64,000 bases of DNA, from NCBI GenBank assembly GCA_904063045.1, contig CAJFCJ010000019.1:1292570-1356569 (forward strand), given 5' to 3'. The notes beneath the pieces are model-generated. The model ran no database searches. It worked only from the letters and a program-made list of their open reading frames with translations, and was not told where the DNA came from. The translations under genes and the position numbers were made by a program. How positions within the stretch are numbered: the first letter of the stretch is position 1; each line of letters opens with the position of its first letter. The DNA comes from Dimorphilus gyrociliatus. Taxonomy: Eukaryota > Animalia > Annelida. This document shows positions 13,411-24,963 of the stretch, one piece after another.

Positions 13411-14730
13411 ATATTATACGTACTGTGCATATTTGCATAAAATTTATCTTAGTCCCTTTAATAATAAATAATAATTTCCTATCTTGATAACTCAAATATC
13501 TTAATTATTTATCATTTATAAATATTTCCCCCTCTTTATTTGGTCACGTACGTAGAAGATTATTTCTTTCCTTTTCTTTTAGACTTTGAGTAATAGATAG
13601 TACTAATATTCACATATGTATTGGCGTAAAAAGAGACTATTTTAGTTTTTGCTTTGGCAGCTAAAAACTTATTTTACTAGTAGTAATCAATTAATTATTT
13701 AATTAATCAACTTTGAAATAAATTTCTGTCCATTAAAAAAATACCTATCTTGTTAATCGCTTTTTTTCATTATTAAAATAATAGAGAGCTATTTTTCAAA
13801 ATTGAATATAACTCATAAATTCTTCTTATTCATATAGAAAAGTTAAGACAAAGCGAGAGAGAGAACGAAAAAAAGAGAGATTCTCTTTTCACAAACAAGT
13901 TTAATCAGTTATCAGTTTTAATGATAAAAAAAGACTGTTACAACATATGTTAAATACGTCAAATAAATACTGGAATATTCCTGACTTGTATAAAAAAGAA
14001 ATTGAAGACTATTTTTAGAATTTTTGGTGTACTAGGGAAAATACAATAGAGTAATATTTTGAAATAAAAATGAAATACGTCTATCTAATAGTAAACGATT
14101 GAAAAAATTATTAATTTGTACTTGATATAGATGTATTAAGATAGTCATTTAATTAAAATAGAGGATGATATAAAGTCAGTTTTAGCTGATTTTGTCTTTT
14201 TTTAATCTTAGTAAGTAAGAGAATATTAACTATATCAACTCTCGTCCTTGCTTGGAAATAAGTCTATTATTCTTTCATATATAATTAATACAAGAAAATT
14301 AAAGAGGTACATAGATTGTTTACTAATGAACAATAAGACTAAAAGACTGCATTGATTTAGTTCGACCTCTATGCTTTCGCTTATAATTGAAAATGCCTCT
14401 TTAATGGCCGTATCCCATTATAAGTTCTTTACGTTGACACAGACGCCTTTAAATTGGTACTAGATCTAAAAGAGACGCCTTTTTCGATATATGTCTCTTA
14501 ATCTATAGCAACAGATGGAGAGTAATACAGTGGAAGGAGACAACAAAGTCATATTCTGCATAAATAATGTCCACATGTTTTATATTTAATGGTTAGACAA
14601 AAATAAAGGAATTGAATGATTTAGAGCGGAAAAAATAATATAAACATGTTACTGTAATGATGTATTGTCTGCCACATTAGAAAAATGTACTTTCCGTTGA
14701 ATTATGCATTAAATACATTAAAGTACGATT

Positions 14731-17700
14731 TTATTCGGCCTGTAAGCTAATTAAATTACTTATAGCAGCGGAAATCTTTTCTATTTCTTCTTCAATATTC
14801 TTTTTCTGCAATAAGACAATATATTGTAAAAATATGATACTAATTTCTATAGTAACGTAATCATTTCCTCCCTACCTTCTCTTCGTTCTGCTCTTTAACA
14901 TTTTGAGGAACTTTTGTCTCGTAATCTGGTATCTTCATCTTCTTCAATAAATCCTCAAGTTTTTTCACCAGCTGATCTTTTTTATTGTTTTGCCTTAAAA
15001 TTTCTTTTTCAAAATTCAACAATCCAAGTAATTTTAAATAAACGCAACATTTAGATGAAACAGTTTGCATTGCATATCCTGTTAAATTATTGGCCGACGT
15101 AACAATTTGAACATCTTCACCTTTCGCCAACATTCGAATCATTTCTTTATGTTTAGTCAAACTATTTTGCAACACTTCATCTTCGCATTTGATTACTAGA
15201 TCCGTTTTCGTTTTATTAGTTAATTGATAATCCCCTCTGGCCGATCTAATAGTTTTTATAATGTTCATAGAAAAGTCTATTTCTTCGTTTAGTTCTTTAT
15301 TTATTAGGCCTGCGAAATCTTCTGGCAAAGGGTAGGGACTTACGCAAATACTAGAGGCATCAGTTTCCGGTTTTCTTCTAGGTAATCTTTGCCATAACTC
15401 TTCAGTTACAAATGGCATAAATGGATGAGCTAATCTCAGACCGACGTCCAAACAAGTATAAAGGGTTGATCGTACATTTTCTTTTGACTTTTCATCATTA
15501 CTAGACAGTATACTTTTAATACACTCTAGATAAACATCGCATAAGTCATATAGCCAAAAGTTGTAAATGGCTGTAGTGACTTTGGGAAATTCGTAACCTT
15601 CAAAGCCATTTTTACATACTGCAATTGTTTGACTTAAACGGCTGAATATCCACTTGTCTATCAAGGAAATATCGTCTTTCGGCTTTTCTTCAATTGATGG
15701 TTTATAATTGTCACCCAAACTTGAAATTGCAAATCGTACAGCATTCCATAATTTATTGCAGAAAAATCGGTATCCTTGAATGCGTAAGACATCCAAGTTG
15801 ATATCCTTGCCCTGAAGCGTATAGGCACATAAAGCAAAACGTAGAGCGTCGCTCCCACATTCTGGTATTCCATTCGGATAGTCTCCTTTTTGGCCTTCTA
15901 TAGCTTTTTCGATTTCTTTTGGGTCTAAATTAGAATTGTATAGCTGTTTATGAAGATCCTCCAACGATATTCCTTGTATTACATTAATTGGATCGATAAC
16001 GTTACCCAATGATTTACTCATTTTTCTACCATGTGCATCTCTGATCATTGCGTGAAGATAAACTTCTTTAAATGGTAATTCTCCCAGCAACTCCTGACCT
16101 AACATTACCATTCTGGCTACCCAGAAAAACAAAATATCATGACCAGTTTCTAGAAGAGAACCAGGATAAAATGTTTTTAGATCAAGTGTTTCATCAGGCC
16201 AACCAAAAATAGAAAATGGGAATAGACCGGAGGAGAACCATGTGTCGAGTACATCTTCGTCCTGGCTTAGTTGAATCTTTTCAGCTGGTACCCCAAATTT
16301 TTCGGAAGCTTTCTTAAGAGCCTCTTCTTTCGTGTGAGCAGAGACCCAATAATTTTCATCTTCTTCAGATCCTGGCGGTATGCTATTATCGGCTGATGAA
16401 ACAAAATAGGCTGGCACTCTGTGACCCCACCATAATTGTCTAGAGATACACCAGTCTCTGCAATTCTCCATCCAAGAAAACCATGTCTTTTCAAACATGT
16501 CAGGAATAATCTTTAATTTACCATCTCGTACAACATTCACCGCTTTCTTAGCCATATCTTGACAATCCACATACCATTGCGGTTTTAAAATTGGTTCGAT
16601 TACATCCTTTGATCGGCTACAGAATGGAACAATCATTGGATTGTCCGTTGTTTCTCTATACAAGCCTTTCGCTTTCAAAGCTTCAAGTACTGCCTTTCTG
16701 GCATTGAAGCGTTTCATATTTGAAAATTGTCCGCATTCAGACGTCATACAACCGTCATCAGTTAATATTGATATGGAAGGTAAGTTGTTTCTCTTACCGA
16801 CATCGTAATCGTCTTGATCATGAGCAGGTGTTATTTTTACAGCACCGGTACCAAACTCCATTTTGACAAACTCGTCAAAAACTATTGGTATTTTACGATC
16901 AAAGAAGGGGTGAATAGCGTATTTTCCTTTGAAATGAGAATATCTTTTATCTTCAGGATGAACAGCTATAGCCGTGTCCCCAAGCATCGTTTCAATTCTA
17001 GTTGTTGCAACAATAATTTCTTCATCAGAATTTTCAATTTTATAGGCGAAATGAATGAGTACGCCAAATTCTACTTTCTCTTCATAACCTGGGACGGCCA
17101 AAAGAGTTCTACCCTTTAATTCTTTTTTATCTACTTCGATGTCGGAAATGGCTGATTTTAAAGTGCATGACCAATTAACTAGACGATTACTTCTGTAAAT
17201 GATTTTCTTTTCGTGTAATCGGATAAAAGCTTCTCGTACCGCACGATAAAGTTTCTTTAAATTAAAAACAATTTGCTTAATTGTGTAACTATTATAATTT
17301 TAATTTAAAAGCATACCTCGTCCATTGTAAAGCAAGCTCTGTCCCAATCGTAGGATCCACCTAGTTTGCGTAATTGTTCATATATTTGATCACCTTTTTG
17401 ATTCTTCCATTTCCAAACTTCGTCTATAAATTTCTCCCTGCCGACATCGTGTCTACTTAACCCCTGCTCCCTCATTAATTTTTTTTCTACTACAACTTGA
17501 GTAGCTATGCCTGCGTGATCGCAGCCGGGATTCCAAAGTACAGTCTTTCCATTCATTCGATGCCATCTTGTTATACAGTCTTCAACTGCGGTAGTTAAAG
17601 CATGTCCCAAGTGAAGGGATCCAGTTACGTTAGGTGGTGGTATAACCATCATAAATTTCCCTTTAGGGTTAGGCTCCCTCAGAGAAGACGTCTTATAAAA

Positions 17701-18864
17701 TAAATAGGTTATAATTTACTGTGTTCTTACAAGCTTGTTGAATTTCTATTACCTTATATTCCGGTTTGAAGAAACCTTCTTTCTCCCACCAGGCATTCCA
17801 AGCAGCTTCAACATAAGTGGGATTGTATGAATCAGGTAAAGGCCGTTGCGTATCTAATATAATTAATAATTATTAATTACCAATTAATTTTCATTCATAT
17901 TAAATAGCAAATAGCAGATATTAAAAGTCTTAACCTTTCTTTTCACCGGGTTTTGTAGAACTATCATAAATAATAACAGTTTTCTCCTGTTTCTCTTTTT
18001 TCACTTTTTTCTAAAAATACAGAAATACGTATTATAATATCATAAAACAAGTCTCATCGACTCAATATACATTTTCATCCTTTACAGAGCGCCTACTTCA
18101 AAAGTATAGAATGTTTTTGTTAAGACATAAATATGGGGAAATTTTTTGTTTGATATTTATCAAAGATTTCTCTCTTCACTTTTAAAATAGCCGGAAGTTT
18201 ATGAGGAAAGTATTTATTCTATTGTAATTGTGTTTTAAAAAGATTTATGAAGGTATAATACCAAGAACAAAAGATTAAACAATTATTTTCAAAGTTTATG
18301 TCTTGTTTACATTTTTCGGAAATGATTTGCTTAAACTTTTTTGTCGATTTTAGATGAATAGTAAATCCTAGTTTTACTTCAAAAATTATTAATATAATAA
18401 GGTTTTTAAAATAACCACTAAAGCTGGTTACCTAAAAAATATTAATTCGTAGTTATGCAAGTATAAATGAATATGTTATTAATTATATCAAATCTACAGG
18501 CATATTTACTTTACTAATCTTACAATTCATAATATTAGTCTTTGAATTGACTGACAATGTTAATATACTTTAAGTATTAGCGTTGGATTAGGAATAAAGG
18601 CAGTTATTTATTAATTGGGTTAGATTTTTTTTAAACGCAATACAATAATATCTGTTAATAATATTTTACCTCTTGCTTATCTGCAGAGGCTTGTTGTGCC
18701 TTCAGTGCAGCTTCTTTTGCTTTTTTAGCTTCAAATTTAGCGAGTTTTGCTGCTTTTGCGGCTTCTTTTTGAAGCTCTTTCTCTGTTTTCGGCTTTTGGC
18801 CATCAGCCTCATTTGGTTTAGCCATAGACTTCGTAGCACCTTGTAAATTTGGATCAGAAGACAT
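14731..18864 (-). CDS. VARS1: Cytosolic valyl-tRNA synthetase, 6 exons, Lys-rich N-terminal extension, no GST-like domain
   Basis: [14 protein letters not shown] (HIGH-type) and KMSKS motifs; [13 protein letters not shown]; [11 protein letters not shown]. Exon 1 is 18864-18670; last exon ends ...SLQAE* at 14731. Confidence 0.96.
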
Positions 18865-19071
18865 TTACACTAAATTGATGAAATATTTCCTGGCTTTACT
18901 CAACGAGATTGCCACGTGATAGTTTTTAATTTTACTATCTTGCGTCAGAAACAGAAATCTGTGCGGGACGGTCGCTGGGACTCTTGTCTTATTAAACTTA
19001 TAAACATTTATTTATAAACAGGAACAGTGCACCACACTGTTCTTGCTGCAAAATTACTGCGGTATGACAAG
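18865..19071. promoter_or_regulatory. 207-bp bidirectional promoter region VARS/PTGES2 with E-box CACGTGAT (18913-18920)
   Basis: Divergent start codons 207 nt apart; E-box seen. The PTGES2 ATG sits in AAGATGGCTGC, similar to the YY1/Kozak overlap motif. Confidence 0.6.
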
Positions 19072-20395
19072 ATGGCTGCGCCCATTAAATTTGTTCGCTC
19101 CGCATATAGCCTCAGTTTTCTCCGTAAGCAATTTATTTCAGATTTAAAAATTTATAGAAACTATACAAGATCATATAGAGATCAACAAAAATCGACCTTC
19201 TCTTTTTGGACAAATTCAAAAACTCGTTACAACCTTCAAACTTCAGGGGTCATCGTTAGTGGTGTCTGCTCTGGTTTAGCAATAGGCTATGGCATATTTT
19301 CAATAGGAAATTATAGAAAAAGCTTGCAAGCTAATGCAACTGAAGACAAAATTGAGCATCTAGATCATCCAATAACCTATTCTGTAAAAAGCGATACAGA
19401 CAATACAGGATTAAAATTGACATTATATCAATATGCAACTTGTCCTTTCTGTTGTAAAGTAAGGGCATATTTAGACTTCCATGGGTTTTCATACGATGTA
19501 GTAGAGGTGAACTCTGTAACAAGAAAAGAGTTAAAATGGGCAAAAAAATATAGGAAAGTACCAATGTTGATTGTTGAACAGCCTTCAACGAATGGATATG
19601 TGGTAAGAATACCTATTATTGTTTCCTATATTACATAAATAATGATGTTTGCTGTGCTTTCAGCAATTAAAAGATTCCTCTGTAATTATGAGTACCTTGG
19701 AAACTTTTTTACTAGACAGAAGGCAAAAAATGGAAAATCTTGTAAATTATTATCCCTGTATTGAAAATAAGGAAGGGCGAAAACTCAAATTTGATTTTCC
19801 AAATAAATATTTTGTTATGTACGGAGACGATTATAAAGCGCCCGGTACGGAAGAAACTCGTAAAGTAGAAAGACATTGGCGTAAATGGGCTGATGAGACA
19901 CTTGTCCATACACTTTCTCCTAATGTTTATCGGACCCCCTCGGAAGCTTTACAGGCTTTCACTTGGTTTTCAGAAACCGGAAATTGGAAGCAAGTATTCT
20001 CAAATGTCGAGAGAATATTTGTAATATATGTAGGAGCTGTTGCAATGTATTTTGTTGGCAAAATGCTAAAAAAACGCCACGAATTACCTGATGATGTACG
20101 GCAAGCGCTATATTCTGCAGTTGCTGATTGGACGAAAGAAATTGGCAAAAAGCCTTTTCATGGAGGTAATCGACCGGACTTAGCAGATTTGGTGGGTGTT
20201 ATCTAACAAATTTATTGCGTGTAATTAATTTAAATAATCTTCTCTGAACAGTCAACGTTCGGTTACCTGAGTGCTATTGAAGGCTGCTGGGCTTTTGGGG
20301 ATCTTCTAAAAGAAACGCAAGTGAAAAACTGGTACAATAGAATGAAGGCAAGCGTACATAAGCACGAAGGTTCATCAAAAATGGCATCAGCTTGA
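19072..20395 (+). CDS. PTGES2: Prostaglandin E synthase 2 (glutaredoxin/GST fold); exons 19072-19602, 19664-20191, 20252-20395
   Basis: LYQYATCPFCCKVRAYLD (CPFC motif), VVEVN, YRKVP, LKDSSVI, LSPNVYRT, GGNRPDLADL. GT-AG junctions in frame. Confidence 0.95.
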
Positions 20396-20598
20396 CAACA
20401 ATTGCTACATTTTGTTTTGTGTTGTTTTCCTTTTGTTACTAAATTAGCGTGAAATAAACGGATATGCCAAAAAACCCGTATTCTCTAATCGTTTTATAGA
20501 TAAGATAGGGGATCTTATTACTGTTTTGTAACAATAATATCCATGGAAAAAGCTTAACTTAGTATCTTTGACACTTCACCGGCACTTTAGCATAAGTA

Positions 20599-21922
20599 AT
20601 GGACCGACGCGCATTACTTGGTATCGTTGTCCTAGTGATTTTTACTTCGAAAGTGACGTGTTATACTGATGAAAACTTGACTATTAAAAGTTCCAAGGAC
20701 GATCAACAAAAGCCCACAAAGGAAGATAAACCAGAATTGTGCCCTGAGTATGTTTTCACTTTTTCCTCAATAGAGTAAATACTTCTATTGAATAATATTT
20801 GAATTGATTTCTTTCAGATCGTGCTCGATAGCTTTGAACGGAATGCTTAGCCGTTTAAAGCAAGCTGAAGATGAAATAAACATTTTGAAAGATCAATACT
20901 CGCCGTCTGGAAATATACCGGACGCTGAATATGCAACAACAGAGAGTATTGATAAAAAATGGAAAGAATTTGCTAACCAATTAGCACTATATCAAGTTCA
21001 TAACGAAGAAGAGAGAACCAAGTTACTTATGAATACTAAGTTAAAAATTAAAGAGTATTATAAGGAATTTGCTAATTCAATGATTTCGACTTGGAAATTA
21101 GCAAAAGAAAAGAGATCAATCCTTCGTAGAAACTTAAAAAAATTTATGTATCTTATGAAACATGAGATAAATATTCGATTAGATAATTTCCAATTCATTT
21201 TGTCTACATCTTTGCCTCGGGACTGTTCCGAAGTTCAAAGAAATAGTAATGGGAAACCGGTTGCTATTTGCCCTTCTGGCTCCACAGAACCTTTCATCAC
21301 CAAATGCGTAAAAGACGGAGAGGGAAATTTATGGACTGTAATTCAAAAGCGTACAGACTCCAAGGTGAACTTTAATCGAACATGGATTGAATACAAATAC
21401 GGCTTCCGGTCAACAGTCGATTTATGGATGGGTTTAATGGGAGTTCAACGTTTAACTGAAAATCAACGCCATATATTAAGTATCCATATGAAAACCGATG
21501 GAGGACGAATTCTATGGGCAGAATATGACAATTTTACCCTGACTGGTTCGGAATATAGACTAGGATTGGGAAATTATAAAGGAAACGCAACAAATGCTCT
21601 TAGTTTCAACGAGGGATCGAAATTTGGCACATTTGATAGAATATTGACAAGGGTTAATTATCCATTAATTTACTACAGAGGTTGGTGGCTGAGAAGCAGC
21701 TACCCAGGAACATATTCTGATCTTAATGGACAAATGATTTGGTTCGACATAAACTTGAATGAGCATTTAAAAATAGTAGAAAGTCAAATGGCAATTAGAC
21801 CATGGAATAATGATTTAGATGGAAAGGGTGCAACTGGGGAGAGTGGTGATAGCTCCGGGGCTTCTGGTGGCAGCAGTGGAGCATCTGGTGACAGCAGTGG
21901 AGCATCTGGTGACTTAGATTAA
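20599..21922 (+). CDS. Secreted coiled-coil plus fibrinogen C-terminal domain protein (angiopoietin-like/FReD) with Ser-Gly tail; exons 20599-20747, 20818-21922
   Basis: Signal peptide MDRRALLGIVVLVIFTS. FReD motifs LPRDCSEV, WTVIQKR, NFNRTWIEYKYGF, LWMGL, GWW, SDLNG. Confidence 0.85.
21842..21912 (+). repeat. 21-nt coding tandem repeat (about 3.5 copies) encoding SG(D/G)SSGA
   Basis: tctggtg(g/a)cagcagtggagca units visible. Confidence 0.9.
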
Positions 21923-22134
21923 CTAAATTGATATTAAACTTAAATAATTTTTTCAGTACATGTATTTTTTTTATTCAGCAACGCCAAAATATGTTTCAAA
22001 TTTGATTACACAAAGATTCCGTTACATATTATCAATTTAAGCCGCAGCCCTTAAACCAGAGGACCATAATCCAGGCGGCAACAATTTCTCGACTAGCTAC
22101 GAAGCGAAGAAGACAATGAATGTCAGTTCCTTCT

Positions 22135-23904
22135 TCAATCCAGAACTTTCTCTACCAGATCCACAGACAACATATCTAGGCGGGCATTTATGTTTTGTTC
22201 AGTTTCTCTCTCGGCAGGCGCCGAATGCGTGCGCGTCACCTGTTGTCTAGTAGTTTCAACTGTTAAAAGTTGCTGATAAGTCGTCTGAATCCGTGGTCCA
22301 GTTGGAACTGACAAGTTAGACTTCAACGGCTGCTTGCTCGAATGTTGCGCTCTTTTCGTAGAAATAGCTCCACGTTTCCCTCCGGCCGCATAATGATTAA
22401 ATGAAGAAAAAGGTCTTGTAGATCTCTGTGAATTCTTGAAAGAGTTATTCCTGTTGTTCAGAGACGACACTCTGGACTTCCAGCTTTTCAATTGATTTTG
22501 TTGCTGCTCAGTGAAAGCTTTATGATCACTTAATTTGTCAACAAGTTGCTCAAAAGCAGTACAATTCTCTTCATCTAAAGTATTCATAAGCAACTGTGAA
22601 CTGACTTTTCCGAGAACAGCAGTAATCTGACTAGGTAAATCCTCATCAGATGATAGAGCTTGAGCTCTATCAAAGGGTTTAATCGGTGTATTCACAATCA
22701 ACTTTAACTCGGTCAGAGCATCTTTGACGCTACCTTCTTCCCTAACCTTCTTCTCCAATTCACTCAAAATCTCCGATCTCTCTTCAAGCTTCTTTATGTT
22801 TAAAAGTATCTTATCGCGAGCTCCCTTTGTCACACCTTTATCTGTCAGCCAACTTTCCGAAATATTCAGCATATCCTCATACTTCATTTGCTGAAAAAGG
22901 GATGCATACTTATGCAGTCTTAACTGCTTCAGCCAAGCCGGAACATCTCGCATAGCAGATTGCGGGTCTGCAAAAGAGTTTCTGGGCTCATCGCCATTTG
23001 AAGACGATGCAGAAGATTGGGGTGAGAGCTGACAGTGATTGTTGCGATCATTCCTTTCATATTGTAGACTAACGGGTACTAACGATTCGGTTCGAGCTAA
23101 CCGACGATGAGATCTACCATCATAAATTCCACCCAATCCAGGCGGGCTTGATACAGTCGCGCAGACTTGATGTTTTTCGAATCCTAGATGGTTATTCACC
23201 CCCGTAGTCGGCGGTGCAACACATTGCGTTGAGTCATTATTAGTTGCACCAACGCTGATTGAATAACTGAGTGGTCTTGCATTCATTAATGTTGAGCCAC
23301 ACGTAGTATCCAATGGACAATTCAGCCCAATTCCAGAGTCTCTTAGCGAAGCCGATGGCCAACCGTTAGTATTTCCTGCACCACCGTTAGATGCTGCCGC
23401 TGCGGCGCGCTGCGCCACTTGCTGTTGTTGCTCCAATTTTGAATACCAGGCATTAAACTCTTGAATTTCAGTCTGGGTGAGAGCAGGATGCATGACGAGA
23501 TAGATGGCTAATTGACGGCATTCTTCTGTCTGACGTCCTGCGTCAGCGGCCGATTGCATGAGGCGTTTTACGAGATTAATATATATCTGCTTAGCCTCGT
23601 TGGAACCGGGGCGGAGAAGGGGTACGTGGGCCAGCACGGTACTTAAAGCTCCTGCTGTATCTATTTGCTGGGCAAGCCCCTGCAGATAACTGGAATCGTT
23701 TGCCTGCGCATCACTTCTCATTAAAGCATGATCATTATCAAGAGATTGTTCAACGGTTCGGCATAGAAAGCGGGCATGACTAGGTCTCAGCCTTTTGAGT
23801 AAGTTGAGTAGTGCGATGGTCTGTTCGCAGTCGTTCCACGTATCAAACTGGGCCGTAACATCGTGTACTTGATCTTTGAACGAACAGGACGCCGATCTCA
23901 TCAT
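22135..23904 (-). CDS. SAMD4: Smaug/SAMD4 RNA-binding translational repressor, single coding exon
   Basis: N-terminus FKDQV...WNDCEQTIALLNLLKRL; SAM domain MRDVPAWLKQLRLHKYASLF...GVTKGARDKI; PHAT region; C-terminal INARLDML helix. Probable 5' UTR intron about 23958-24794 (donor gtaagt). Confidence 0.93.
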   Translation of the reverse strand: MMRSASCSFKDQVHDVTAQFDTWNDCEQTIALLNLLKRLRPSHARFLCRTVEQSLDNDHALMRSDAQANDSSYLQGLAQQIDTAGALSTVLAHVPLLRPGSNEAKQIYINLVKRLMQSAADAGRQTEECRQLAIYLVMHPALTQTEIQEFNAWYSKLEQQQQVAQRAAAAASNGGAGNTNGWPSASLRDSGIGLNCPLDTTCGSTLMNARPLSYSISVGATNNDSTQCVAPPTTGVNNHLGFEKHQVCATVSSPPGLGGIYDGRSHRRLARTESLVPVSLQYERNDRNNHCQLSPQSSASSSNGDEPRNSFADPQSAMRDVPAWLKQLRLHKYASLFQQMKYEDMLNISESWLTDKGVTKGARDKILLNIKKLEERSEILSELEKKVREEGSVKDALTELKLIVNTPIKPFDRAQALSSDEDLPSQITAVLGKVSSQLLMNTLDEENCTAFEQLVDKLSDHKAFTEQQQNQLKSWKSRVSSLNNRNNSFKNSQRSTRPFSSFNHYAAGGKRGAISTKRAQHSSKQPLKSNLSVPTGPRIQTTYQQLLTVETTRQQVTRTHSAPAERETEQNINARLDMLSVDLVEKVLD

Positions 23905-24081
23905 GTGTGGATAATTGCGTTGCAGTTCGTCTAGATCAGTCCATCGTAGACAACCTTTAAATAAACATGTGTAAGCGCCCGAACATAAAAAGCAATATTA
24001 ATACTTCATTCCGCTATATATATATATATGTTTGTATAATATAACAGAAAGAATAAAAATATTGAAGAGAAATACTTGAAG

Positions 24082-24083
<2 letters not shown>

Positions 24084-24138
<55 letters not shown>
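24084..24138. repeat. (AT)n microsatellite, longest in window, in the probable SAMD4 5' UTR intron
   Basis: About 27 perfect units. Confidence 0.92.
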
Positions 24139-24143
<5 letters not shown>

Positions 24144-24795
24144 GACAAAAACGTATGTATTGGCTTGATTGACATAAACATTTATATGTATAAGTGTGTT
24201 TTAATATATATTTTATATATATATTTTACATAAATATTGATTATTACAATTAACCGCCTTATTAGAAGCTGTCACATATTGCTCTGGTGCGAAAATTTTA
24301 TATTTTCCCGAATCGGCCTATTTTCAGGTCATTTTTCAGTCATGACTCCCAGTCACGCTGCTTTAGATCGTGAACATTTGTGTTCCTTTTCAGTTTTAAC
24401 ATACAGCGGAATTACACACGACGGATAGGCAGGATTGGTCGAAGAATATGTTATATAAATAGCACGTGATAGCTTATAAGCAGATTAGGTATAGCGTAAT
24501 CGTTTCTTCTTTCTTTTGCTTGATATTAGAGGAAATTATATTCAGAAATACTTGATATTTAAACTCGAATATTTTCTCCAACAAAGCAGTTACTTTACCA
24601 AGTTAGGAAAACAGATATTTAGGTCGACCAACGGATAAGCGAAACCGTTGGATGCCTTGAAAACTAATGCTAAATTTTCACATGATCAGCCATCAGTATT
24701 TAGACTCAAAATAGGTCATTAATTAAAATACTTATAGAAAAAACAGTAATCAAACAAACGCGGCGAGAAAACGGAAAACTAAACGTTAACTTACC

Positions 24796-24963
24796 GATTC
24801 TTGTCGAAGATTGTTCGATCCGCATGTGAATTGTGTGTGCGAGACGTCATAAGGTGAGCAACCAATCACCATCGACTGACTCATAGCTGTAAAAAAACTA
24901 GGGAATTCCTACGGATGTGACGTATGGGCAGAACTTCCGCCGGGAGTTTCTTCCCTAATCGAG
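24796..24963. promoter_or_regulatory. Bidirectional promoter/5' UTR region SAMD4/RABL6 with CRE-like GACGTCA, CCAAT box and TGACGTA
   Basis: gagacgtcat near 24842, accaatca near 24861, tgacgta near 24918; CpG-rich relative to flanks. Confidence 0.5.

Noticed and set aside
18011-18669. Unusually long introns (VARS 659 nt, ATP2C1 791 nt, NAGLU about 500 nt) as possible snoRNA hosts
   Set aside because: No paired C (RUGAUGA) and D (CUGA) boxes with terminal stem, or H/ACA layout, that I could see. An Infernal/snoscan search would be needed.
19022-19042. 8-bp hairpin GAACAGTG-CACCA-CACTGTTC containing CAGTGC upstream of PTGES2, IRE-like at first sight
   Set aside because: CAGUGC lies in the stem rather than the loop and there is no C bulge, so it is not an IRE. 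A single short inverted repeat can arise by chance.
20393-20455. PTGES2 stop TGA-CAA as a leaky read-through context
   Set aside because: Does not match CARYYA or CUAG. The extension ends in KLA, not a PTS1, and there is no supporting structure.
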